This document shows positions 1 to 12,300 of a stretch of DNA of 64,000 bases, in pieces. This DNA comes from Laetmonice hystrix. Lineage: Eukaryota. Below the pieces are notes generated by a model. That model did not search any database. It was not told the origin of the DNA and was given only the letters and a program-made list of their open reading frames with translations. Position 1 is the stretch's first letter. Each line of letters begins with the position of its first letter. The position numbers and the translations under genes were made by a program. The DNA lies in the NCBI GenBank assembly GCA_965235115.1, contig OZ249437.1, forward strand, positions 5,828,001 through 5,892,000, read 5' to 3'.

Positions 1-603
1 AAATAATACATAAATAATGGAGAATCGTTTTGGAAATTTTGTTAATGTAAGGACTATCTAGGATAATATTTGTATGCAAAAGTGTAATAAAGGCCTTTAA
101 AAACTAAAGACAAAGAGTTAGGTATTTTCGGATTGCTGGGATGGCATCAAATTCTGTTCTAGACGAGCATAGCCTGGAACGACCGAGTGTGCTGATACGG
201 AAACTTGTATCGGACAATTAAAGCGGCAGTTGCAGAGGAATATCAGCACAATCCCGATTAGTTTGTCACATTGTCCAATATAAGTTTCTGTATCAGACAT
301 ACGTCTCTTCCTGTATTTATCTCCCCTTTATACAGTCTATTTTTGAGCGTCTGACATTATAACACAAACGTTATCTTGTCACTCAGTGACTACTGATATT
401 ACTTACGACAGTCTAGTGATTCAGTTGTGACCGTAAAGCTACTGTCAAGATCTTTGATGATTCAATGACGATTGTCGGTAGCTAACTATTAGCGGTCCGT
501 CTGATCTTTTCTTATCAGAGCTGGTGTCAGTCTATTCTTTCCTTTCGATTACAGCTTTACCATTCACCATTTCTGATTGGATTATATCATCTGGACCATA
601 TAA

Positions 604-916
604 GGGGCGGACCATTTGATACCCGCGGGTATGGTTTTTCTTCATGCGCAAACTGTTTTTTTGCCTCCAGGCCAAAGCTATCCTTTTTTATCGCTATGAC
701 CATTAATCAAACTGTTTTTCTCCATTTCCGCTATATATATTTTTGTTTCTACATATGACACAAACTAATGTTATTTTTCTCCATTTCGGCTATACTATAT
801 ATTTTTTACATATGGCACAAACTATTATTTTATGTAGTTTGATGAACAAACTATTTTTTTCCTGTGTTATGGTTTTCTTAAAAAACATAGCCCCCCCCCA
901 CGTATCAAATGGTCCC
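604..916. mobile_element. Non-autonomous MITE, PIF/Harbinger-like
   Basis: Terminal inverted repeats (gg)ggaccatttgatac ... gtatcaaatggtccc, flanked by TAA on both sides, with an AT-rich interior. Confidence 0.6.
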
Positions 917-3018
917 TAACAAGAAATGGAAAGCCCATGCATGTATGGAGCTCTTGGTCCAAAGTTTGATTTCAACTGTTTGACGGTCCACGCTATGAGC
1001 AGGTGAACTCAAACAACTGTCGGTTAACTCTAACGTTACCTTCACTCAGTAACACAGGAAACAGAATCCATCGGAACTATCTACTGCAAGTAAATGTTAA
1101 ATCTAAGCCATAGAGACTATGTGTCCCGAGAATGTGGCAGAAAACGAGAGAACCCCAATCCAAACCGCTTCAATTCGAGACTCCGCCCTCAGTGATGTGG
1201 ACGGTTCATATTGATGAATTTGACAATATCTTCAACATTCTCAACTTGATGAGATAATAACAGTGAAAGCAAGTCCACCCAGCCCAGTCAGGTTCGTCAA
1301 TACAATGTGTGCTGTTCACACAAGTAGGTCTGTGTAAATGTGGGCAGAGAAAGCCCTTGGATGGAGATATCAATGCCTGCCTTTGCCTGGCATTGGACCA
1401 TGCGATGAAGCAGCCTTTAATTCCATCCATGCCACTTATGTAATGACAAGTCAGCCTGTCTCCTGAGACAAGGAACAGCTTGGTTTAATCTCCTTCCATG
1501 GAATTCGGCATTATCTCTGCTACACTGGAGACACGCAATATCGTGTATTTCATTTCGTTTCCAATCACAGACCCATCATTTCCCTAGGCACCCAAAAGGA
1601 ATGAGCAGCAATTTCTTAATTTTAATGTTGTTATACCCAGTAGTTGCGAATGTAGTGTTGCATGATGACAAAGCAGCCCCTTCACAGGATGAACTTATGC
1701 CAGCATAAACGCTGTTACTTTTGAAAGCCCGACACACAGTCTGGATAACATGCACATCAACAACGACGAAGATTTTCTAACAAAGTTAATTACGTATTTC
1801 CATATAGCATGACAAGCTGCACGTGGGATATTAAATAATGCGACCACTGGTGCAGCTTGGTTAGGGTGAAATAGAATGTGAATGGGGTGAAATGAACTTT
1901 ATCTATTTAATTTTCTAGCGAATAACTGCATGAATTGAATCTGCATGTGGTACAAAGGAGAACTGCAAAATACTACAGCTCATGAGTGCACACACGCAAG
2001 TACGTCTGTGTGAAGGGGCAAGTAGTATAGACTATCCAAACCGTCAGAGTGCACACACGCAAGTACGTCTAAGTGAAGGGGCAAGTAGTAATTTTTAGGG
2101 ATTCTGGAGATCAAAATTCTGCTTCCCGTAGTGAAAATAAGTAAAGAAACAAAGAAAAATGTTAGGTTATGCTTGCATAAGTGAAATTTGAATAATCAAA
2201 TTTAACTCAAATCGGCCGTCTGAGTGTAACAGAAACGCATTTCACTCAAATTCCACTCAAATATGGGTTGAGTAGAATTTGACTGGAGTTAACTGTAACA
2301 GAAACCGGGGCCAGGTCTCCTTTGTAAACATTGTGTGATCTCTCAGGGCCGACAGAGCACATTTCCCAAGGCGAAAGTGACATTTGACAAGGCAGCAGTG
2401 TACCCTGCTGCTTTCCAAACCGCATCATAACGTAATTGTTCCGATGTAGAGAAAGGATTTCATATTTAACCTTTGAAACCCCGGCCTAGAGCGAGAAAGC
2501 GTAGACTTTTTGTTTTGTGATTTACGCTATGTATGTTGTAAAGGCAAGACGTGTGTGTGGAGAATGAGCTGTATGTGTTTGGGTAACGTAACGGTAATGA
2601 ATTTCACTTCCATCACTGTGTAGGAGCTCCTATATTTAGCTCCAACCCGAAGGGGCGAGGCTTCTAATTTAGCCGCCATTATGTTCGTATCAGGGGGGCC
2701 GCTGCCTATTTCAAGGGGGGGGGGGGGGGCTGATATGTGTTTGACAGTGGCGTAGCTACGGGGGGGGGGGGCAGACCCCCGAAAGTATTTTGGGAAAATT
2801 TCTGAACATTTCTCAGAGAAGTCTGCAATGCCATGGTCGGGAAACTTAACCTGGAAAAAGAAGCCATATCGCCTTGTGTAAGTATTAATAGGGATTGTGT
2901 TATGAGGGTGAATATAGAAGTTGTGACAGACGGGTTTTGTTTTACTATAATAATATACTATAATGCGATGACGAAAAGTTCAAATACTAATATTACTCAA
3001 ATATATTCTATAATATTA

Positions 3019-3876
3019 TATCGGGTGGATAAAAAAAAAACGCCCCGAACTTTAAACTTTAATATTTCAAAAACTATGCAGTATAATTCAATAAAATTTC
3101 TCTTAATATCACTTCATGATATTATCTCTGGTATGTTAAAGTTTCAGCACAATAGCTTAGATATTATTCCCGTGGCGCTCAGAACAAAAATCAGTGTCTA
3201 AAAATGCAATGCCGGAATTAGGCCAAATATCATGCAGCAGCCAGGTGTCCAATTTGACACCTTTTTGATGCACCGCATTGTACCTTGGGTAAAAAAAATC
3301 AATATTTAGTTTTTGCGTGTTTTACAATATGTATCATGTTGTGGACCACTAGATATAATAAAATATGTGCTATTCCTAGTACTTTTAGAGAAAAACAGAT
3401 GTTTGATGTGCCAAACCCTACACAGAAACTGCAACATTAGGACGATATGACTGTAACGAGAAGTTCAAGTGAAATCGTATCATTATCACGCTTAGCAACA
3501 CATTCAGAACGTTGCGTATTTCCCAATGTTGGGAAGATATTTCCCTATCAGAGATCAGGAAGTGCATTGGCTCATGGAAAAAGAGACTGAGAGCAGTATG
3601 GAGTGAAAACGGGGGACCGATTGACCACCTACTCTAGTGTGAGGCTAGGCACTCTGGGTGCGACTACAACTCGCTTTAGCCCGGCATTGCGTTTTTGTAC
3701 AATGATTTTTGTTTTTAGCCCCACGGAAATATTATCCAAGCTATTGAGTTGTAACATTAACAACTAAGAGACACCATCATGAAGTGATATTACGAAAAAT
3801 TTCATTGAATTACAATCATTACTTTCTGAAATATTGAAGTTGAAAGTTCGGGGCGTTTTTTTTTATCCACCCGATA
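3019..3876. mobile_element. Non-autonomous Tc1/mariner-like element
   Basis: TIRs of about 35 bp (tatcgggtggataaaaaaaaaacgccccgaacttt / aaagttcggggcgttttttttatccacccgata) with a TA target duplication. No transposase ORF. Confidence 0.8.
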
Positions 3877-4028
3877 TATAAACACTCTATTATATTATAA
3901 ACGGGTGCAAAATAGTTTTGCTACAGGTAAAGTTCTTTGAACTGTGACTCATGCAAGCCAAGGTGACCTAGCCTATGCCGATTAACTGCCTACAAAGGGC
4001 CGAGTGATGTTTTTTTAAAAGAGTTCCA

Positions 4029-4078
4029 AAACCATGGCAAACCATGGCAAACCATGGCAAACCATGGCAAACCATGGC
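4029..4078. repeat. 10-bp tandem repeat (aaaccatggc) x5
   Basis: Read directly from the sequence. Confidence 0.95.
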
Positions 4079-4535
4079 ACTGAAACTTGCGGGACCAAAC
4101 GTAATTTGGAAGATCAATACAATAGAATTACATGTATACTGGATGTCAAACAAGTCTAAGAAATTGGAATCTATTTAATAAATACAAAGAACAAAATGTC
4201 TAGGGCAGAAGTGAGTCTGCATAGTGCATGGTCAAACCAAAATTACATTCCTACTGATTTTTAATTATGGGCAGTCGATCTTAAGTTTGATTTACAATGT
4301 AGATTTAATGTGACATTGAAACACTTAAGTAACTTAGCGTGGACCAACCATTTATTTAATTATCCCAGGGGAAGCAAGTCCTGCATTGTTTTATTTAATC
4401 AAAGAGATACCATTAACTGTGGTATTGAATGAATAACTACATATCGTCACCAGAAAGTTATACAAGTCAATGCACGTACCTCCGCAGTATTTAATTCATC
4501 TGCCAATAAACTTTCTAAATCCTTTGGAGTAAAGC

Positions 4536-4690
4536 CAGGGGCGGATCTAGGGTCTATATTCGGGGGGGGGGGGGGGTCCTAAGGGGGTCCAGCATAAAAA
4601 GGGCAAATCGAGGGGGGGTCGTTGTAAAAACAAAAGGCATTTTGGTTATAAAAAATTAGACGTCGCCGACACCCCCTGGATCCGTCACTG
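4536..4690. mobile_element. MITE with CAG..CTG termini and a 5-bp TSD (hAT-like)
   Basis: caggggcggatcta ... tggatccgtcactg (11/14 match), internal poly-G, and aaagc duplicated at 4531-4535 and 4691-4695. Confidence 0.7.
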
Positions 4691-5988
4691 AAAGCTCAAC
4701 CTTAAGGAAAGTACTTTCATATGTATTTGAACAAGGTATACAAGTATACAATAAAAGATGACGTTTGGTATGGACTTCTTTCCTTAGCGTTGTTTCGGCC
4801 ATTCCTGTAATTCGATTTGAACAGTGGGAACCCTCAAGGCGTACAAGATTCTGTCTATGGCCGAGACAAACTGAGCGTCGGTTCGCAAGCCCTGGCGCGT
4901 CACCCAGCAAACGTCTTTAGACGGACGGCCAGCTAACAGGCAATAAGCGAAACAACTTGTACGGCTTGGAATACCAAAACAAGATAACGTACTACACTTG
5001 TGTCAGCAAAGTCTACAGTGTCACATTACAATTTGATTTACGTGGATTTTTCTGAAGTAAACTATATAACGCCAGCGGTTTCCCTCATCATGGCGTCTCA
5101 GCGTTGGCCTGATACTCTGAGGGAGTATGGTAGTGGCTTCGGTTGTGTAATGATACCTAGCGAGAGGAAGCCATCCAACAAATTGACAGAAGATAGGAGT
5201 CCTCCAATCACACTCCAAGCGTCCACCATTACGTGTAAATAAGTCGGTCCCCGCCTCGGGCTGGCGTGCACACCAGCAACCTTGGTTGATTATAACGAGT
5301 TCTTCCGAGTTCTTCAAACCTTGTGTACCAAACTTCTAATATATCAACATCAACTTCTAATAATATATCAACATCATATTAAAGTGTCTCATCAGGGTTT
5401 TTTTTACTATTTCTTTCCTTCTTTCTTTCACATTTAGGCGGATAAATAGTCAGTTCTTTCAATGTCTTCTCATGTAATCTCTTACATACCATTACTGATT
5501 ATTGCATAAAAAGAATCTTGGATATAGAATTTACAATTTTACATACATTGAAATATTTACATGTTGAAATATTTCACTGGTTACACTAGTTACAGAAATA
5601 GACAATATTAGAAATTGACTTAGGTGTATCTGGTTTGGTGTAGGTGGTATGTTTGGTTGTGCGCCATGATTGAAGGGAAGCAAGGTATAGACTAATTTAC
5701 TAACAGACTAATAGACCTAATAATCATAATCTCTATTGGCCCGATGCAAGAACATTTTGTGAGGTTAATCCCAAGAATGGTTTAACAGATTTAAAGTTGG
5801 GTACGTTTGGTAGTAATGTTTAACGGGATTCAATTGTGCTTGGCCAGCGAAATAAGCTTCAGTACAAGGAGAAAAGGCTATAAAATTCGGACTTTCTGGC
5901 AACTGAGAATAGGCGTACATCCACGGATTAGGTTAATCTCGAAACTAATTTTTGTTTTAATCTCGAGACTAACTACGCCCTTGCATAC

Positions 5989-6179
5989 GGCCATGATCAC
6001 TTAGCCAACAGAAGCATAGCGGCCATGATCACTTAGCCAACAGAACCATAGCGGCCATGATCACTTAGCCAACAGAACCATAGCGGCCATGATCACTTAG
6101 CCAACAGAACCATAGCGGCCATGATCACTTAGCCAACAGAACCATAGCGGCCATGATCACTTAGCCAACAGAACCATAG
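5989..6179. repeat. 32-bp minisatellite x6
   Basis: Unit ggccatgatcacttagccaacagaaccatagc. Confidence 0.95.
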
Positions 6180-6776
6180 GTTTGGTAACGTTTACAGAAC
6201 CCTCTCACTATCCACTGGAGCTTCTACTTCTTATTTCGAAATTTCTTGTGACCCTTCGGACAATCTTAACCTATTATAGAAATCTGCAGTACGTATCACA
6301 AACTTTATTTTATTTCAACAATAACTGAATCCCTTTAATCCAGCAAAGAATTAAAAACAAGAAAACGCATACAGGCTGGAAACCCTCGAAGACAATTGGA
6401 CAACTAGTCTCGCATGAAAAAAACCCCATGTGATATCATAATAGGAGTGTAGGAATTGATTGTGGCTCTGTCTGTCCTGTCCATGCTGTGTGCCAGACAC
6501 TCTAACATATCTACACCGTCTCATGGGGTGGCCCACTGAAACTGATCAATGTCACACCATACACTGTCTGGGCCAACGTGACCATTTCAATACCGACACA
6601 CACTGGGGCACACTGGAGATCCTCTCATGGAACAGACCACAGAAATTATATGAATACATATGCTGAATGATGAAAAATATATGACCCCCTTATCAATACA
6701 AAATATTACTCCTGGGGTATTATACAAAAGTCAAAGAAAAAAATATAGTTCGGCAACTTATTTTACAGTTAAGCAT

Positions 6777-6959
6777 AAAGCCTGATGTATAGTCCAGACG
6801 ACACTGCCACCGACTGCCCAGCGCCGACTCGCTCACATCGCCTGCCGATTGACCGAAACTATGAACCATGAATACAGATCTATGTACAGAACATGTATTC
6901 GACGAGTCGGCGTCAAATTTCTAATCGGGGGCGGTCGGTGACTGGAGTATGAATACGGC
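6777..6959. mobile_element. Degenerate Harbinger-like MITE
   Basis: Weak TIRs: taaagcctgatgtatagtccag ... ctggagtatgaatacggca. Confidence 0.35.
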
Positions 6960-7421
6960 ACAATATGTGCCAACAGTAAAGAAAACTAAATATATTGCAC
7001 AATTACGGAGAAAATCATGCCAGATACAGAGACTAATAACGGACCGTAGTGTCCATCTAGGTCTTAACGTCATGCAGACAAAGGTTAGGCTGTCTCAAAC
7101 AAAGGTTGTCTGTAGTGCTACAAGTACATTACTACGTATTAAATCACACATCTCATATCATAGTGGCTCATCAAACCTTATTCCTACATTCTTTTTCCAT
7201 AGCATTTCCCTGAGAAACTGCCCTTAATGCACACTTTGGATCGCATCATTTCCAAGCAAACACAATAATGGAGATGTAATCGTATTAATTGTCCCCAGTT
7301 TCCCTAAGAGACCTAAGTCGGTTATTAACGTCAAGTTTTTCCAATAATTAAGATCATATCTATAATACATGACTCGTAGCTACAGACAACCTCACGCATG
7401 ATGGCAGCTTGTCCTCTATAT

Positions 7422-7550
7422 CAGACATACATAGTGTGAATGGTACGACAGAGTTCAGACATACATAGTGTGATTGGTACGACAGAGTTCAGACATACAT
7501 AGTGTGATTGGTACGACAGAGTTCAGACATACATAGTGTGAATGGTACGA
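7422..7550. repeat. 34-bp minisatellite, about x4
   Basis: Unit cagacatacatagtgtgattggtacgacagagtt. Confidence 0.95.
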
Positions 7551-7591
7551 GTAATTAGGGAGTTGCAGGTGACATATCTAAGCGTACTTAC

Positions 7592-7718
7592 TGAGCAGAA
7601 GTTTGCGGTATGTCTGAAGGTCAGTTAGTAGGTGCTCGTTGGCGATGATCTGTTGGCGTATACTTTCCTCCAGGTAGTTGAGTTGGCTCTGTAGATCAAT
7701 TCCACTCACTGGGCGTGG
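7592..7718 (-). CDS. MGAT1: MGAT1-like stem (coiled-coil) exon B, phase 0->1, paralogue of exon A
   Basis: Long CT-rich polypyrimidine tract, then tgtgtag|...|gtaagt, 127 nt: PRPVSGIDLQSQLNYLEESIRQQIIANEHLLTDLQTYRKLLL. It shares L..LE..IRQQ....EHLL..L with exon A. An alternative acceptor, ctacag| at 7688, is also in frame. Confidence 0.7.
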
Positions 7719-7974
7719 CTACACACCAGCCAATGGGAGGAGGAGAGAGTGACAAAGAGAGAAAGGGAGAGAGAAAGGGCGTCATGAGCCAGTGTACCCT
7801 TGTTGTTGAATAGAGGTCACGACCAGCAGATGCTCACTGGTCCACTTGAATGCTGAAATCACCCAAATCCTCTCAGAAAAATACCGACATACGACGTAAA
7901 ACTGGAATTACCACGAGAAAAATGCAGGAAATCCAGCCCACATATAGAAAACACCCCTTTAGAAAAAACGAAAT

Positions 7975-8520
7975 TGGATTTCGACATTTATTTCATGTGA
8001 TTTCGGTGTTTAGATTTGATTTCGGTATTTCTTTAAGCCTACAGGTAATTTAGGTCCTGCGATAAGATTTCAGTATTTCTCGAGGAGGGATTTGGTATTA
8101 AGATTTGATATGGGTATTTCTCTAGGCCTAGAGGTAACTTTGGTCCCGTCATGAGATTTCAGTATTTCTCGAGGGGGATTTGGTATTAAGATTTGATATG
8201 GGTATTTCTCTAGGCCTAGAGGTAACTTTGGTCCCGTGATGAGATTTCAGTATTTCTCGAGGAGGGATTTGGTATTTAGATTTGATATCAATATTTCTCT
8301 AGGCCTAGAGGTAACTTTGGTCCCGTGATGAGATTTCAGTATTTCTCGAGGAGGGATTTGGTATTTAGATTTGATATCAATATTTCTCTAGGCCTACAGG
8401 TAATTTTGGTCCTGGTATTAGATTCCAGTATTTTCTCGAGAGGGGGGGGGGGGGGGGATTTCAGTCATTCTCGAGGGGAAGAATTTCGGTATTTAGATTG
8501 GATTTCGGTAATTTACTGGG
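7975..8520. repeat. About 89-bp degenerate tandem repeat, about x6, between stem exons A and B
   Basis: The gatttcagtatttctcgag motif recurs at 8066, 8155, 8243, 8332 and 8421. Confidence 0.9.
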
Positions 8521-9222
8521 AGTGATTACGATAATTCCTTGGACGAGGAAGATTTCGGTCTTTAAATACGAATTCGTGTTTCTCAAAAGCGAATTCGCTA
8601 CTCAGGCTGAATGTCGGTATTTCTCTCCTTTGATTGTGGTATTTAGGTGGCCCGGGTTCTCAGCACCTGTACAAAGGTTCACCATAAACCCTCTACTCGC
8701 TGTTACCTGATCACCACCCACCGATGTCCTCCCCACACACCAGTCGAGGTGGCGGGGTCAGGGTGTCAGTACCCAGTTACATTAGTATCAATATTGCTCT
8801 GGCTGGGCTTCTCTTCATTGTTTTATTGTTTTAGTGAAACACCTACTTCTACAACATTAAGGTGCATGCTGTTAACAGAAGTATGAGAAACCGTGAGTCG
8901 AACTCAACGGAGGAAGGAGGGGGGCAGGAAGCGGAGGTACATGTAACCATAGATACTGGGAGAGTACAGTATACATGACGAGCCAATGAATCACACACTA
9001 AGGCACCAAACACTCCCCCAATCATACTTACCTCCACAACATGTATCCAGTCCTGACTTACTATTTTAAGTCTTGCAATAAGAACTGGCTTACCTCGGGG
9101 ATTTTCGCGAACCAAAGCGCCCTGACTTTTCCTATACTACTTACGGATTTGTCGATGAAGCCCCTCGGCCACGATCAGATTTGGACAACACCTGTTACTT
9201 GGCCATTCGAAGCAGCACTTAC

Positions 9223-9376
9223 GTTTGGTTGGCGGGAGTTTATGACGAAGGATCTGTTTCTGGAGATTCTCTCGTACTCCCTCAAGCTCCCGCAGCAAGT
9301 GCTCATGTTCGGCCACTTGCTGCCTGATGCGGGACTCGAGCTGCTCAAGGCGCTGGCTGACGGCGTCGTTGTCGGT
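9223..9376 (-). CDS. MGAT1: MGAT1-like stem (coiled-coil) exon A, phase 0->1
   Basis: ctgcag|...|gtaagt, 154 nt: TDNDAVSQRLEQLESRIRQQVAEHEHLLRELEGVRENLQKQILRHKLPPTK. The heptad pattern VSQRLEQLESRIRQQVAEHEHLLREL is in register with the human stem as I recall it (LTREVIRLAQDAEVELERQRGLLQQI). It joins the 51504 exon in frame and has GC-rich, coding-like codon usage. Confidence 0.75.
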
Positions 9377-12300
9377 CTGCAGTCACAAACAGCACGACGG
9401 CGTCACGTCAGTCGTATCCATGGGAACCTCCACACACGCTCACACACACCCCACACACCCCGGGCGACATGCAGCATACATGTACACACCATGCTGGCCA
9501 CAGAACCGACGACATCAAAGTTGGTACAAGTTGTTAAGGCCATCACCCCATCCCAACCCCCACCGAGGGTCAGCAGAAGAATTTTCTTACTACTCAAAAA
9601 TCTAACAAACCTGAATTATTTCTTAAATGATTAAGATAAACAAAAGAAATTACCTTTAGAACTAAGAAAACAATGGAATTTACCTTTTACAACTACTTCG
9701 AGACGGCGGCTATCAACGGCCGATTATAATGATCTTTTTAATTAGTCGCAAGGACTTTGTTCATTAAGACGATTTTGAATGCGACTCCCTTGCGATTTTT
9801 CCGCATTACTTAATTCTATTCCGATTTCGAGTTGAAATGATGAAATATGTTTTCAGAATTAAATGTCAATCGCAAGCAGACACTAAACCCAATGAGCGCT
9901 ATCAATGCAGTCCCATTACATGAGTGTAATGAATAGGAGACTGTACAGTGAAAATAATGCTTTCTACAGAATATTTGTGAGGTTCATAATCACCATAATA
10001 TTATGAAACGCGCTGTATCGAAACAAGACAAACCTTTTGCTTTCATTATGTAATATCGCAGCTAGGCACACGCTATGGAGCTTAACGTGCAATAATGCCG
10101 TCGAAAAGAGTGCATTATTAAAGCATAATGTACTTTTAGCCTCCGGGCCAATTCTGAGTCATTCTGCTGCAATTTCTCCCTTTTGACCATATCAGCATAC
10201 CAGAATTTCAGCCTTCTTGAAATTATGTGAAAAAATCCTATGAATCCCATAATACTAAAATTATGTACAAGCTACCGTCAGTGGTGAGGTTCTGGCCGGG
10301 TCGTGTCGATTCGAACTTTCTAATTTTTTGTTTAAAAACGATTAAGACCATATCAGTGTCAAAATGAAACACTTTCTTACTGTTTACAGTCTTTTAAGTC
10401 AGTGGAGATGGACTGCCGGTAACTGGGCAGTGGTAGTGTAGGGGCTCGGCCTAAGTCAGTCAGCAAAATGCGGACAGCCCCTTTCAGAAACGTTTAGGGG
10501 TCGACAATTTCAGATTGTCCTACCTCCCCTCGCGTTTGACCAATCAGGACCCTGTTTGGTCACCCCCATCCCAGCTAACGACCAATCAGAAAGCACGAGA
10601 CAAATCGATGTAGCCGGCCCATAGAAAGGTCCCTACCATGGCCTATCTTCAAATTCAGACCTAAGTCCACTTCTTTAGGCTATCCATTGCCAATACATGG
10701 CGTTATTTATCAGCTGTAGTAAAGATGGCATGGCGGCGAGAGTTCTTGGTGGTGTTTGTCCATACCTTCGACCCCGGCGCGAGGATATTATCCCGACATA
10801 ACAGCTAGTGTCTCCATATCATGAAATATCCACTAAATAAACTACAATAGCTCTTTTATATTTTTTCGCACGCCAAGTCTTACTACAGCGTCTTAGTTTA
10901 TATTAATACCTTTTCTACTACCATCAATTTAGATAGGCATGATAAGCTTATCCATAAACCAGGCAATTTAGGTCTCAAAACGGACTTGAATATTGAACTA
11001 CTGAGGACAATAATCCTTAGTCTGCATTAATTTAAATTTCCTCTAGATTCATGAGACTTAATATCATCAATCAATACCCCGTGAGATTAATCCAGAATAG
11101 AAAATGTTAAAAATATGTCCTATAGATTGAACAATTTGCCATCCAAGGTGAGGGAAGTTTGGAGTTCTTGTGGTAGTCAGAGAACAGATAATACATACAA
11201 ACACACGCGATACCTACTACATAAATAATCATGCCAAAAAAAGAAGAAAGATCATGAGAATCACATGCCACATAGCGTGTCACGAAGAACATATCCGTGC
11301 GTTTTCCTGCCATGTTAACACTAAATGATTAGATCAGTGTATGGGACCGACATTTCCAGGCAGGGTGGTGTGCAGGTGAACAGACCGTACCTTCGACTGC
11401 AATCAACAACTTTCGACATCATTGCTGTCATCAACATTTTACTCGAATGTTCACATTGCATGACAATCTCGTTTTAATCAACAGTAATCAACCTTACTTT
11501 TTGGATCAAACTCCTGTTATAAGCCAACACTTTTTTTTCGAAGGAAACATGCCACGGCATTTGGTAGAAATTTAATTTCCATTAAATCGTTGTGGTGCTG
11601 CAAATCGATAAATCGGGATAATGCATGGTCAATTCGTGTTCACCAATTATACAAGATCACACTAATGTGACTATTCCCACGTCTAACTCATGAAGAAGAC
11701 AATGGCAGACAGTGTGATGGCATTTACATATTGAAATTCTACTAATGGTGTGACAGCAACTCTCACCCGGGTTAAAAGTGAAATGTATTGTTGAGTGAAG
11801 GACCTTCCAAATAAATATCCGACATGCCCATCCGATCAGCCCAGCCAGGAACAACAGGCACTCTCCTAACACCCCAACCAACAGTTTATTCATGTCAGGC
11901 CTGAAAACTAAAACACATCCGTTCAAAGGTTATGGAGGAAAGTGGAGAATCGTCTACATTTGTTCTGTCCCATGAAAAGTCCTACACTGAGCCCGCCACA
12001 TTGAGCGGGTGTTGACACAAACTTAACGTTAAATAGAGATAACAAAGGTATAACCTGGCAAGGCAACTGATATTTTCTTTTGACAATCTACACGACACTG
12101 TCTGTATTGATAAAGTCGTGTGGGAATTGTAGAATACGCCTACCAAATATAGTTCCACTTCTCAGTATAAAAAGGCAAGGCAGCTTGCTTTGGGTGCTTT
12201 CTAACGTGAAATGTTTTCACTAGAGATAATTTCTTTTTATAAACATCTTCCCTGGCAAGTATGGTAAAATTAATATCTGCACGCCCTTTCCGTGTGTTCC

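Noticed and set aside
2833-3201. 122-aa plus-strand ORF
   Set aside because: It runs across the boundary of a non-autonomous Tc1/mariner element in AT-rich sequence, with no transposase motifs.
4480-4710. Exon-like FTPKDLESLLADELNTAE|gtacgt apparently interrupted by the 4536 MITE
   Set aside because: It starts in phase 2, incompatible with the phase-1 stem exons, and has no MGAT1 similarity.
6231-6283. Possible terminal exon NFYNRLRLSEGSQEISK* in phase with the stem exons
   Set aside because: The acceptor context is weak, and it would truncate the enzyme before the catalytic domain. There is no independent support.
9041-9634. 197-aa plus-strand ORF
   Set aside because: It is the antisense shadow of stem exon A. 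The splice signals and homology are on the minus strand.
10135-10219. QQNDSELARRLK as a third stem exon
   Set aside because: The heptad register and splice phases do not match exons A and B, and the donor is weak.
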